The notes: generated by a model not told the origin, from the letters alone. Shown: positions 1 to 9,009, counted from the first letter of the stretch. The stretch: 31,384 bases of DNA from Candidatus Hermodarchaeota archaeon (GCA_016839805.1 JAEOTO010000013.1:1-31384), one strand, 5' to 3'. Program-made: numbers and translations.

Positions 1-913
1 CATCAGCAAAATCCTTTCCAGGTTTTCCCTGAGCAAGTTCAAACCATATTTTACTAGCACGTGAAGCTAAGTTAGCGACTAAATATGCGTCTCGAAGTTC
101 AACAGCTGCATTCATCGCAGTGGTAATGTGAGTGAGTTGAGATTTACGCAGCTTCTTTGTAGACATTGTCTTTTCAACCTGAGTTTTCAGGTGTTTTTCA
201 CTCACATCTAAAACCTTCAGGCTCTCCATGGCATGGAGAGCTACGAGAATCATTTTGCCCTTTTCTTTCCCTCGTTGCTCCATCACCTGCATGAGGACCT
301 TCCAATTATTCGATAATTTCCGTAATTGAATAATGAGTTTCGCAGGATCTGCTTCAACACCTATTGCAACAAGTATTGCCTTTGCTTTAGCTATGTTATA
401 TGCCAGAAGCGAACTGCGTTGATATCTTTCTGCAAATTCAATGAGTTGTTCATATTCGGCTTTTAAGGTTGAATCCGGAATAAGCAGTAACCGATGGAGT
501 AAAATCATCAGAACTTCTTCTAAAGTTTCAGTTGTCAAGTTCTCCAAATTCTCTAAAAGCGTGGCAATTGCTGAAGCCTCTAAAGCAATTAACTCATCAC
601 GATAGTTCCCCTGTGCAACAACTCCCAGAAGCCAATGATTTTTCCATAACAATCCATGAGGTTCCACTTTTCGTTTTCCTGTTATATCAACTAGTATACT
701 TTCTATATGCTTTCTACCAAATTGGCGGGCTTCTAGTGCTTCCCGAATCGAGGCTTCCGTGAATTCAGCTAATGTCACAGCGTCAATGAGCTTATTATCA
801 GAATAAAATAACTGTGTTAGCTCGATAATGCGTTTAGCCTTCATTTTTTTACGAAGCTTACTTGGGAAATTTGTAATGTCTTCTAGGGGGATAGACGGGG
901 AATTACCAGTCAT
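1..913 (-). CDS. Hypothetical alpha-helical protein, 3'-partial (runs off the window start); absent from the ORF track
   Basis: Hand translation from ATG at 913 (MTGNSPSIPLEDITNFPSKLRKKMKAK...ELAQGKPGKDFAD) is open for 304 codons to the window edge. An AAGGTGG SD-like motif lies just upstream. The composition is Leu/Ala/Glu/Lys-rich and helical. Confidence 0.8.
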   Translation of the reverse strand, partial: MTGNSPSIPLEDITNFPSKLRKKMKAKRIIELTQLFYSDNKLIDAVTLAEFTEASIREALEARQFGRKHIESILVDITGKRKVEPHGLLWKNHWLLGVVAQGNYRDELIALEASAIATLLENLENLTTETLEEVLMILLHRLLLIPDSTLKAEYEQLIEFAERYQRSSLLAYNIAKAKAILVAIGVEADPAKLIIQLRKLSNNWKVLMQVMEQRGKEKGKMILVALHAMESLKVLDVSEKHLKTQVEKTMSTKKLRKSQLTHITTAMNAAVELRDAYLVANLASRASKIWFELAQGKPGKDFAD

Positions 914-1298
914 GATTTACCACCTTCTATTTACTAATTAAGGGAAGGAGAACGAAAATAAGAAATTATCTAATTTCACCAGTCTATTTTCTCATTGTAA
1001 GTGGAATTTTTTTCTTAGTTCTAATTCCCCTTGTCTTCATTTGATTTGGGTTTTCAAAAGTTAGAGTTTAAAAAGAACAAAGGGTAGATCTTAAAGATCA
1101 ATTGTGAGAAATAAGAATAGGTTAACTCATTTTTCCTGGAGAAATTAAGTTACAAATCTGCCGAACAAAATATGTTTCTATAGGGGAAGCGAATTGGTCT
1201 GACTGTTTGGTACGTCTGAGATCGGCGTGGATAAATCATAGAGGGAAGTTAGCGAGGTTTTCAATAAAAATTAGTGCAAGTATACCAAAGCTGTTGCT

Positions 1299-1751
1299 TC
1301 AATTGGAATTGTAGTAGGATTTCCCACCTAGAGCATCTTTGAGCAGTTGTTCACGTCGTGTGTACTCACGGGTCATCCACCAAATCGAATAGACGATAAT
1401 TCCCCACATGAAGGCATTAGTCACTACTAATCCGACAATGAGTAAAATAGTCTCAAATCCTTCAGGTAGAGTAGGTAGTATAAGGGCACCAGCGATGATT
1501 ATAATCACGATTACAATACCGCATACAATGCCCTTAATAGTGGAGGAGTCAAACCCAGTGTCACTTTTTGGTAACGGATCCGGAATACCGGCTTCAGCCG
1601 CTCGTCTGCGAATCCGACGGTTCTGAAGAGAAAAAACAACTAGAATAATACCTCCAAGTGCAATTATAATAGCTAATCCAATTAAAAAGAACAAGAAAAG
1701 CCAGAAAATAGGATCCAGTGGGTTTACTTGAGCTAGTATCACCTTGTTCAA
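1299..1751 (-). CDS. Small integral membrane protein, about 3 TM helices, unknown function
   Basis: Three long hydrophobic segments with a basic RRIRRR stretch after TM1. TTG start preceded by GAAGGA. Confidence 0.75.
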   Translation of the reverse strand: MNKVILAQVNPLDPIFWLFLFFLIGLAIIIALGGIILVVFSLQNRRIRRRAAEAGIPDPLPKSDTGFDSSTIKGIVCGIVIVIIIIAGALILPTLPEGFETILLIVGLVVTNAFMWGIIVYSIWWMTREYTRREQLLKDALGGKSYYNSN

Positions 1752-1865
1752 GCCATCCTTCTATTTCGTGAAATCCGCAACAAAAATTCTCTAGAACACA
1801 TCGTCCCATCCACAAGAAAAAGATGGGACTCCATGATATAAAAAACGATATCCCTTTCTGACGTT

Positions 1866-1879
1866 TTGGGTGCACCCAA
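1866..1879. promoter_or_regulatory. Perfect 14-bp palindrome TTGGGTGCACCCAA, possible operator
   Basis: Self-complementary sequence in the intergenic region upstream of the 1299..1751 gene. Confidence 0.35.
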
Positions 1880-2100
1880 CACAAGCAGAATGTGAAGAAA
1901 AATCCCTAAAAAATGTCAGTAATTTTTCTTTCAGAAGCTCAATTTTGTCGTATAAAATATGTTATGGTAAGTCCTCCTTCTTTAATGATAATTTAACTAT
2001 GAAAAAAGCCCCTGAAGCAAATATGTAGCATTTATTATCATAGGATTAGCACAATGAACGGTAGTTTGAATAATAGGCTAAGAAATTATGCTGGAGCCGC

Positions 2101-3780
2101 CTAATTGGCTTTTGCCCTCGCGGATTCAATACGTTTGTCAAGGATTGCACTCATTTTTTCAATAGTTTCATCAAAAATCTTATCAAAAAGAACCTGTGGC
2201 TTTTGTAACTTAGTACCCGGTTTTATAGGTTTAAGACAGGCCTCAACTTGTGTGTCATGCACACTACCTGTTTGACCAAGCTGTAGCCAAAGCCGTTCAG
2301 CGACTGTGGGCATCGTAGGCTCAATTAAAATAGCGATAGCTGTCAATAGCTGCAAACATTGGTAGAGATCCCTTTCACAACGCTTTGAATCTTCTTTAAT
2401 AGATTTCCAGGGTTCACATTGTTGGAAAAACGTATTTCCAAATGAGGCAAGCTGCATTACAATATCAGTGGCTTCTTTGAAACGATATTCATTGACAGCG
2501 ACTTGTAGTGCTTCAATTGTTTCGGTTATCTTCTCCTGAATTGGATCTATGATTATTCCATCTGGTATTACTTGGAAATTTTTTTGTATAAACAGAAGTA
2601 CACGATAAGCGTAGTTGCCGAGGATGCCGACTAATTCGTTGTTCATTTTGGTTTGAAAATCCTTCCAGACGAAATCCAAATCCCTTGTGAAACCAGTGTA
2701 GGATAGCATATAATAACGGACAGCATCGAGATCAATTCCGTTTTGGATAAAATCTTCTTCGATATCGATAACAAATCCTCGACTTTTCGAGAGTCCATGT
2801 CCTTCGACTTTTACCATGCCACTGGCGACAATGGCATACGGAGTGTTATACTCTGCTCCTTTGAGCATTGCTGGCCAAAACACTGCATGGTGGTAGACAA
2901 TATCTGCGCCGATAAAGTGTACTAGTTTGCCATCACGAATCCAATATTCTTCCCAGTCCGCATTATGACGGCCAGCCCATTCTTCAGTGAAAGAAATGTA
3001 ACCTGCGTAATTCTCTGCCCAGACATAGAGAACAAGCTCCTCGTCACCTGGATATGGTATTCCCCATTTTAGATTGCGTGAAATTCCCCATTCCTTCAAC
3101 CCCTGTCGTATCCATCCTAATGCATAATTCCGAGCCAGAGGTGTACCTTTTAGCTGTTCATTAAATTTGATAAGAAACTCGGTGAAGTCAGGAAGTTTGA
3201 AGAAGTGGTGGCGTGCACTTCGTTTAATTGCGGGTGAGCCACAGGTGACGCATCTTGGGTTAATTAGTTGGTCCGCATCGAGATATCGTTGACACCCTTG
3301 GTCACACTCATCACCTCGAGCTTGTGCTCCACAATAGGGACAAGTACCAGTGAGGAATCGGTCTGCTAAGAAGGTTTGACAGGTTTCGCAATAAGGGAGG
3401 TCAACTTCTCGGGTTTCAATATGCCCATTTTCTTCTAAGATGCGAATAATGGTTTGGACTCGATGATAATGGTAAGGGGCTTCAGTGGTACCGTATAAAT
3501 CAACACCAATGTTCATTTTTTCAAAAATGTGTTCGTAGTGCGCATGGTATTTGTCAACTAATTCCTTGGGTATAACTCCTGCTTGTTCAGCCGCTAGCTC
3601 AATTGGAGCTCCGTGTGTGTCTGATCCGCAAACGAATATCACATCATATCCAAAGCGTTTGAGGTATCTTACGTAGGCGTCTCCAGGAATATAGGTGCGG
3701 AGGTGTCCAAGGTGGGCGGATCCATTTGCATAGGGTAAACCACAGGTTACAAGAATTTTATCTGATTTGGTCAAGTCCAT
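2101..3780 (-). CDS. metG: Methionine--tRNA ligase (monomeric form, no C-terminal tRNA-binding OB domain)
   Basis: PYANG..HLGH (HIGH motif), GSDTHG, Zn knuckles (CETC, CPYC, CDQGC, CVTC), ISRNLKWGIP, LYVW, GADI, GLSKS (KMSKS motif), NNELVGILGN anticodon domain. AGGAGG SD. Confidence 0.97.
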   Translation of the reverse strand: MDLTKSDKILVTCGLPYANGSAHLGHLRTYIPGDAYVRYLKRFGYDVIFVCGSDTHGAPIELAAEQAGVIPKELVDKYHAHYEHIFEKMNIGVDLYGTTEAPYHYHRVQTIIRILEENGHIETREVDLPYCETCQTFLADRFLTGTCPYCGAQARGDECDQGCQRYLDADQLINPRCVTCGSPAIKRSARHHFFKLPDFTEFLIKFNEQLKGTPLARNYALGWIRQGLKEWGISRNLKWGIPYPGDEELVLYVWAENYAGYISFTEEWAGRHNADWEEYWIRDGKLVHFIGADIVYHHAVFWPAMLKGAEYNTPYAIVASGMVKVEGHGLSKSRGFVIDIEEDFIQNGIDLDAVRYYMLSYTGFTRDLDFVWKDFQTKMNNELVGILGNYAYRVLLFIQKNFQVIPDGIIIDPIQEKITETIEALQVAVNEYRFKEATDIVMQLASFGNTFFQQCEPWKSIKEDSKRCERDLYQCLQLLTAIAILIEPTMPTVAERLWLQLGQTGSVHDTQVEACLKPIKPGTKLQKPQVLFDKIFDETIEKMSAILDKRIESARAKAN

Positions 3781-4096
3781 GCGTATCCCTCCTTTGAAGT
3801 CACCTAAATGGGGTTATCGGCAGGAATCTATGTTGCTGAGCTACTTCACAAGCACACATCTAACCTTTGAAGTTTTTCATTTGGTGGGAAGCCATTTACC
3901 GTTCTAACATTGAAAGAGAGAATAATTCTCGATCTTGCCTTTGTAATGAGGTTCCTTCTCTGAGTGTGGATATCATGTTAGTTGCGGAATAGTCAAGTTC
4001 TGCATACGAATGAAATAGCCTTCAGCTCGATTTACTTATAAGGAACTTCAACGGGAACTGAAAGGCTAGTTGACTATTATCAGGAGTTCTAATACC

Positions 4097-4345
4097 ATGA
4101 CATTAACAGCGATTATTCTCATTGATGTTGACCCACCTCTCACAGATACGGTTTTCGATTCTTTGAAGGATTTACCATTTGTTAAGGAAATTTCATCAGT
4201 CTATGGCATTCATGATATCATCTGTTTAATTGAAGTAGACGATGAAGAAAAATTAAATGACTTCATCTTCAAAAAGCTCCGTCCAACAGAAGGAGTAAAG
4301 GAAACACTCACCCTAATGGTGTCACATATAATTCGAAAAGATTAG
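4097..4345 (+). CDS. Stand-alone Lrp/AsnC ligand-binding (RAM) domain protein
   Basis: VYGIHDII and GVKETLTL motifs of the AsnC C-terminal domain; no HTH. Start moved to ATG 4097, which follows an AGGAG SD. Confidence 0.85.
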   Translation: MTLTAIILIDVDPPLTDTVFDSLKDLPFVKEISSVYGIHDIICLIEVDDEEKLNDFIFKKLRPTEGVKETLTLMVSHIIRKD

Positions 4346-4463
4346 ATTCCAATTTTACAACATGGGTAAATATTGCAAAAAATTCCAATTTTCTCCAGAA
4401 AATCCAAACCGAATTTTGCTTCTTAATTGAGGAGTTTAAATAACTCACCGAAACCGGTTCCTT

Positions 4464-4572
4464 GAAGGAAGCGAAGGGATTTGATGTAATGTTGTGTCCG
4501 CATCGTTCCTCGCCCTCCCCTCGCTCCCCCTCCTCCCCATTTTCCCTTTTGAATGGCACCTTCGCTTCCTTC
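4464..4572. repeat. 14-bp perfect inverted repeat (GAAGGAAGCGAAGG / CCTTCGCTTCCTTC) enclosing a C-rich tract (G-quadruplex motif on the - strand)
   Basis: Arms at 4464-4477 and 4559-4572. Five runs of at least 3 C lie between 4513 and 4546. Confidence 0.8.
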
Positions 4573-4633
4573 GTTACTCTTCGTATTTGTAGTGGCTTCC
4601 TAAACCAATTTAGACTTTTTTTGTGTGATTTTA

Positions 4634-4800
4634 ATACATGAAGAAAGACTCAGGTTATTGAAAATAGTGAAATATCGCTATTTTCATTAAATTCTGCTAC
4701 CTATTTTTATCAAATAGCTACAGAATATGTGTGTAACCCCACACCCTCTATCCCGTCCGCTACGAAGGCTTCCGGGACTGCTTTTCGACCAATATTATAC
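4634..4800 (-). ncRNA. Putative omegaRNA (reRNA) overlapping the tnpB 3' end, with the flanking sequence as guide; boundaries approximate
   Basis: Position expected for TnpB omegaRNAs. Hairpin TGAAAATAGCGA-TATT-TCACTATTTTCA (- strand, 4686-4659). Confidence 0.4.
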
Positions 4801-5910
4801 GCCCCATTAACATCCGCGTTAATTATAAGTTCCGTTGATGACTTGAACAGCCCCCGCCGTACCCGTTTACCCACATATATTTGATGATGTTGAATTGGTT
4901 CCTCATCGAGGAAACTTACCTTTGATGTGTGACTTTCTTCCACAACTATCACCGTTATGCCCACCATTGCGGCTTTGTATTGAATTTGCTGCACAAGTTT
5001 CAAGAAGGGAAGGCCTACGAAATTCTGGTTAGTTCGCCGACCCAACGAGATGCCCTCTTTCCACCTCTTATTATAACCAATCACGATCTTCCCGAAATCA
5101 TTTACTACAGCATAATCGATTAGCCGTCGGGAGACCTTGTGAAAAAAATCACTTATTTTATTCGTCCGCTTCAATAGCAGCCGTTGGAGCCGCCGCGTTT
5201 GCCCTCAAAGACCTTGTTTGTCCTTGATGGAACGGAGTCGCGCACATTCCTTGTTATAATATTGGTTAATGGATTTCACAACCCCGCCCTTAACTCGCCA
5301 GGGTTGAATACCTGCGTTGTTGACAACAGTTACGAGGTTGTTCAATCCAATATCAATACTGAGGACGCGTTGTTTGTTCAGTCTAAGATTATCAGGTTCT
5401 TTTTCGTACACGAGTTCTATGATGTAATGGTTTCCACGCGGTAATATCCTAACTTGGTGTAACTTCTCCAAAATGCGAACTTTGATGAGATCCAGCGAAG
5501 TTTTTTGGGGAAAATACAAGAATCCTTCCTTGATACAGCATTGCTGGTTTGTGAACACAACGATGCTCTCTCCAGCCTTCGACTTGTACCGTGGCAGTTT
5601 TTGGTTTTCCTCGATACCTTTTCGGGTGATCCCTCAGTCCTTGATGGCCTCGAAAAAGGACTTCCAGTTCTTGTCTAGGAGCCGGAGAATCTGCTGGGCC
5701 GTCTGTGCAGGAAGGCTCCGGTAGGCATCAGTGTTTTTCAAAAGGAAATATAAATCCCTGTACTGCGTCCAGAGTCCCTCGTTGATGAACTTCTGCCGGA
5801 TGTGATAATTGGCTAGGTTGTAGAGGTTTTTAGCTAGGTGACAGATCTTGGAAAGAGTATCAGTTTTTGGCAATTGGATCTGTTCAGTTAGAAGCGTGCT
5901 TCTTCCTCCT
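4654..5910 (-). mobile_element. Non-autonomous IS200/IS605-family (IS1341-like, tnpB-only) element, decayed; left end not located
   Basis: tnpB pseudogene, no tnpA seen. A subterminal hairpin at 4659-4686 is followed on the - strand by ATAAC, downstream of the tnpB stop. Confidence 0.7.
4710..5897 (-). pseudogene. tnpB: RNA-guided endonuclease TnpB pseudogene
   Basis: Three same-frame fragments (5634..5972, 5205..5558, 4710..5174) carry KNLYN, LPAQTAQQ, LSIDIGLNN, VEESHTSK, INADVNGAYNI and DGIEGVGLH. ACG at the start position (5897) after AGGAGG, TGA at 5634-5636 from an apparent -1/+1 indel pair, and an in-frame TGA at 5205-5207. Confidence 0.92.
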
Positions 5911-6018
5911 GGGATATTAACTGCTTTATGAGAGGTTGTGTCCGTCGACTGTGGAGTTTCTTCGAATAACAATGCAGTAAGAAGAGGGTCTCTTGTTTTC
6001 AGTATCTTTTATTTTTCA

Positions 6019-6033
6019 AAGAAAGTATATAAG
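6019..6033 (+). promoter_or_regulatory. Archaeal BRE-TATA promoter for the GTPase operon
   Basis: AAGAAAG immediately followed by TATATAAG, about 50 bp upstream of the GTPase start. Confidence 0.55.
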
Positions 6034-6085
6034 GTCCCTAATTTTCAGAGGTTATAGATATACTAATGCGAAGTAGATAGAAAAG

Positions 6086-6658
6086 GTGAGAATCATCTCA
6101 AGTATTCTTGAAGATGCAAAAGACCCTGAACAAGCCCAATATGTTCTCAAAGTTATAATCGTTGGAGATTGGGGAGTTGGAAAAACTTGTCTAATTCGAC
6201 GCTTTGCGGAAAATAAATTCGATCATGATTATAAACCAAGCATTGGCGTGAATATCGTAACGAAGATTATCGATGTTGAAGGGCGTAACTTAAAACTCCA
6301 GATGTTTGATACCGGAGGTCAGGAACGGTTCCGGTCATTAAGACAGCGATATTATACCGGGGCGAATGCAGTGATATTTGTTTTTGATGTAACACGGGCC
6401 TCTTCAGCAGTAACGATTGAATCACGGTGGCTTAATGAAGTTGAAGGCGTTTTAGGTACGGATTTTGAACGGTTAGTACTGGCAAATAAAGTTGATTTGG
6501 ATCATGATCGAGAAGTATCAGAATACGCAGCGAAACAGGCTGCAAACCGTATTAAGGGCTCATATTTCGAAACGAGTGCTTTGGAAGGTCGGAATGTTAA
6601 CCAGGCTTTTACTGATCTTGCAATTCGTCTTATGAATAAGATATTTCCTGAGGCATAG
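6086..6658 (+). CDS. Rab-like small GTPase (Ras superfamily, eukaryotic signature protein)
   Basis: G1 GDWGVGKT, switch I YKPSIGV, G3 DTGGQERF, G4 NKVD, G5 ETSA. RabF-like motifs KLQMF, RFRSL, YYTGA, FVFDVT. No C-terminal Cys. Confidence 0.93.
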   Translation: MRIISSILEDAKDPEQAQYVLKVIIVGDWGVGKTCLIRRFAENKFDHDYKPSIGVNIVTKIIDVEGRNLKLQMFDTGGQERFRSLRQRYYTGANAVIFVFDVTRASSAVTIESRWLNEVEGVLGTDFERLVLANKVDLDHDREVSEYAAKQAANRIKGSYFETSALEGRNVNQAFTDLAIRLMNKIFPEA

Positions 6659-6661
6659 TAA

Positions 6662-7885
6662 ATGGTATCAATTCCCATACATGTTGATGAAAAATATGTG
6701 CAACTAGCCTTCTATATCGAACAGCTTCTTAAAGAACAACTCGATGAGAATATAATTGTCGTGGATAGCTATACAGGCCCTTCTGACCTGAAACCCAAGG
6801 TGAAGCTAGATGATCCGGATGAGCTTCTTAACATGTTAAAAGATCTTCGTTCGATTGTAGTGAAATCAATTCATGAAAATCCTCGACGAACCTATCTAAC
6901 CAAACAACTTGATGCAATGGAACTACTCATCAATTTCGCTCTTAAAGAACAAGTTACATTTGAAGAACGTGTAAGAACAGGTCTCGATGTGAAAGTCGTA
7001 ACTGTTTCCAATGAACGCATCGAAGAACTCACAGAACAGGCTAGCCGGGCACTACGAAAAGAAGTGCTCAAAGGGGATCTAACATTAATGGCTACACGAT
7101 GGCGAAAGCGGGCTATGACCACTGGTTCCGAGATTATCCCACTGGCTGAGAACATAGCTCAAGAAGCGCGACGCGTGACCCAACATCTCCTTTTCAAATT
7201 ACCTGATACGGAAAGTGTTGAGTTCCGTGCTGTTCCTGATGCTCCATGGAGCGCCTATAATAATTATAAAGGAGATTTTCACGCCGTTATCGAAATCAAC
7301 ATCAAATTACCACGCAGCAAATATAACATCTGGAAATGGGTCACACATGAGACTTATCCAGGACATCAAACCCAACTAGTTCAACGTGAATTAGGAGTTC
7401 AACGAGGAACACTGAATCTTGAGGGAACAATAGCCATAATCAATACCCCCGACTGTACCATTGCTGAAGGGCTCGCAGAAGCGGGTACTGATATCTTAAG
7501 TTCCGAGCGACCTTTATCTAAGCCCGAAACAATTTCAAATTATTTAATGCAATTACGGCGAGCCGTTGGGATCAACGCCTTGGTAATGTTACATCAGAAA
7601 CAAAAAAGCGAATCTGAAGTGTTAGCCTATCTCAAAGAGATGGGTGCTTATGAAGAAGAATATGCAAAAGCTCACCTGCCATTTATGTCCGATCCGATGT
7701 GGGGACCCTACGGCTTTACCTACTTTGTTGGTGCTTGGCTAGTCCGAGGTTTTTTCCAAGCTGCAAAAGAAGCACATCTCGTCGATGAATTCATCAAAAC
7801 CCTTTATCATGAACTCCATACCCCCTCCACCCTTCAAAATCGTATAGAGGACTTGGACCTTAAACTTCCAACACAGTTAATTTAA
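6662..7885 (+). CDS. DUF885-like putative zinc metalloprotein (zincin-like)
   Basis: HETYPGH motif, downstream EGLAE, and a TYFVG C-terminal motif resembling DUF885 (HExxPGHH / EGWA). Confidence 0.65.
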   Translation: MVSIPIHVDEKYVQLAFYIEQLLKEQLDENIIVVDSYTGPSDLKPKVKLDDPDELLNMLKDLRSIVVKSIHENPRRTYLTKQLDAMELLINFALKEQVTFEERVRTGLDVKVVTVSNERIEELTEQASRALRKEVLKGDLTLMATRWRKRAMTTGSEIIPLAENIAQEARRVTQHLLFKLPDTESVEFRAVPDAPWSAYNNYKGDFHAVIEINIKLPRSKYNIWKWVTHETYPGHQTQLVQRELGVQRGTLNLEGTIAIINTPDCTIAEGLAEAGTDILSSERPLSKPETISNYLMQLRRAVGINALVMLHQKQKSESEVLAYLKEMGAYEEEYAKAHLPFMSDPMWGPYGFTYFVGAWLVRGFFQAAKEAHLVDEFIKTLYHELHTPSTLQNRIEDLDLKLPTQLI

Positions 7886-7962
7886 AACCCAAATGAGAAA
7901 AGTAACATCCAAATAGCAGCGTTACAGTCATTTCTCTTGAGGGATTTATCCTGTCAGATCAG

Positions 7963-8871
7963 ATGACCGTTCAAGGCGTCACACCAGTAGTCAACACCTT
8001 TTTCGGAGCACCTATTGAACCCTCTTCTGCAACCTTTGTCTTCACGGGGGTTCCCTATGATAACACTAGCACTTATCGCAGAGGATCCAAGCAAGGACCA
8101 GCTGCCATTCGAGCGGCATCTCAACACATCGAAAGCTACTGTCTACAAGAAAACGTCAACATAGATGCATCAAAACTTCCCATTGCTGATATTGGCGATA
8201 TTACCTTTGACTCTGAATCCGTCGAAAGCATGCTAAAAGCAGTCGAATCTGTAGTCGCACAAATAACCCAAGAAGACAAAGTTCCAATACTCATCGGTGG
8301 TGAACATACCTTAACACTGGCTGCGGTACGTTCACTGCCCCGTGATATTGTACTCATGCAGTTTGACGCACACATGGATCTCCGCGATCGTTTCCAAGAT
8401 AAGGAATTTTCCCATGCATGCGTCCAACGACGAATAATCGAATATCTTGGTCCTGATCATCTCATACAAATTGGTGTTCGTGCAGTTACACAAGAGGAGT
8501 ACGAATACGCCAAAAATCAAAATATCACATTTTATACAAGCGACGATATCAGAAAAGCAGGGGCTGCAACAATCGCTCAACAAATAAATGACGCCATCCC
8601 TCCTGGGCCTCCCGTTTACATAGCAATTGACATGGATGTATTGGATCCCGCATATGCACCTGCTGTGGGAAACCCTGAGGCTGGTGGATTGACCATTCCT
8701 GAACTTTTAACGATTCTTCGGGTTATTACTCCACGCGCAGCCATTTTTGATGTCACTGAAGTCGCCCCGCAGTACGACCAGGGAATTACAGCTATCACCG
8801 CTGCTAGGATAATTACCACATTTCTTTGCATACAAGCAAACCGGCGCTCCTTAGTACCCACGAATGGATAA
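7963..8871 (+). CDS. speB: Agmatinase (ureohydrolase family)
   Basis: GVPYD..S.YR.GS..GP, GGEH, DAHMD, DMDVLDP and GNPEAGG motifs. Confidence 0.92.
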   Translation: MTVQGVTPVVNTFFGAPIEPSSATFVFTGVPYDNTSTYRRGSKQGPAAIRAASQHIESYCLQENVNIDASKLPIADIGDITFDSESVESMLKAVESVVAQITQEDKVPILIGGEHTLTLAAVRSLPRDIVLMQFDAHMDLRDRFQDKEFSHACVQRRIIEYLGPDHLIQIGVRAVTQEEYEYAKNQNITFYTSDDIRKAGAATIAQQINDAIPPGPPVYIAIDMDVLDPAYAPAVGNPEAGGLTIPELLTILRVITPRAAIFDVTEVAPQYDQGITAITAARIITTFLCIQANRRSLVPTNG

Positions 8872-9009
8872 AGAATCCTTTGTTTGACAATAATCCAAAT
8901 TCTTTACCTAAGTTCAGTTTAGCGAAAATAGAGAATTCAAGGTCTTGAAAGGAAAAGGCGTAAATAGTTCGAGATAATAGGGCTCAACAATTACGAGTAG
9001 GTGAAAACA

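Noticed and set aside
532-762. 76-aa + strand ORF
   Set aside because: Antisense shadow of the longer - strand ORF 1..913.
4016-4068. Imperfect inverted repeat TAGCCTTCAG / CTGAAAGGCTA around a TTATAA box upstream of the Lrp-like gene
   Set aside because: Imperfect with a long spacer; cannot be distinguished from chance without comparative data.
4308-4559. 83-aa - strand ORF with a G/E/R-rich start
   Set aside because: Its composition simply reflects the G-rich tract, it overlaps the Lrp gene end, and it has no recognisable motif.
5205-5636. Two in-frame TGA codons in tnpB as possible selenocysteine or readthrough sites
   Set aside because: One arises from an indel in a Trp codon and the other is at a non-Cys position. 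The start codon is also lost and no SECIS-like element is seen, so this is ordinary decay.
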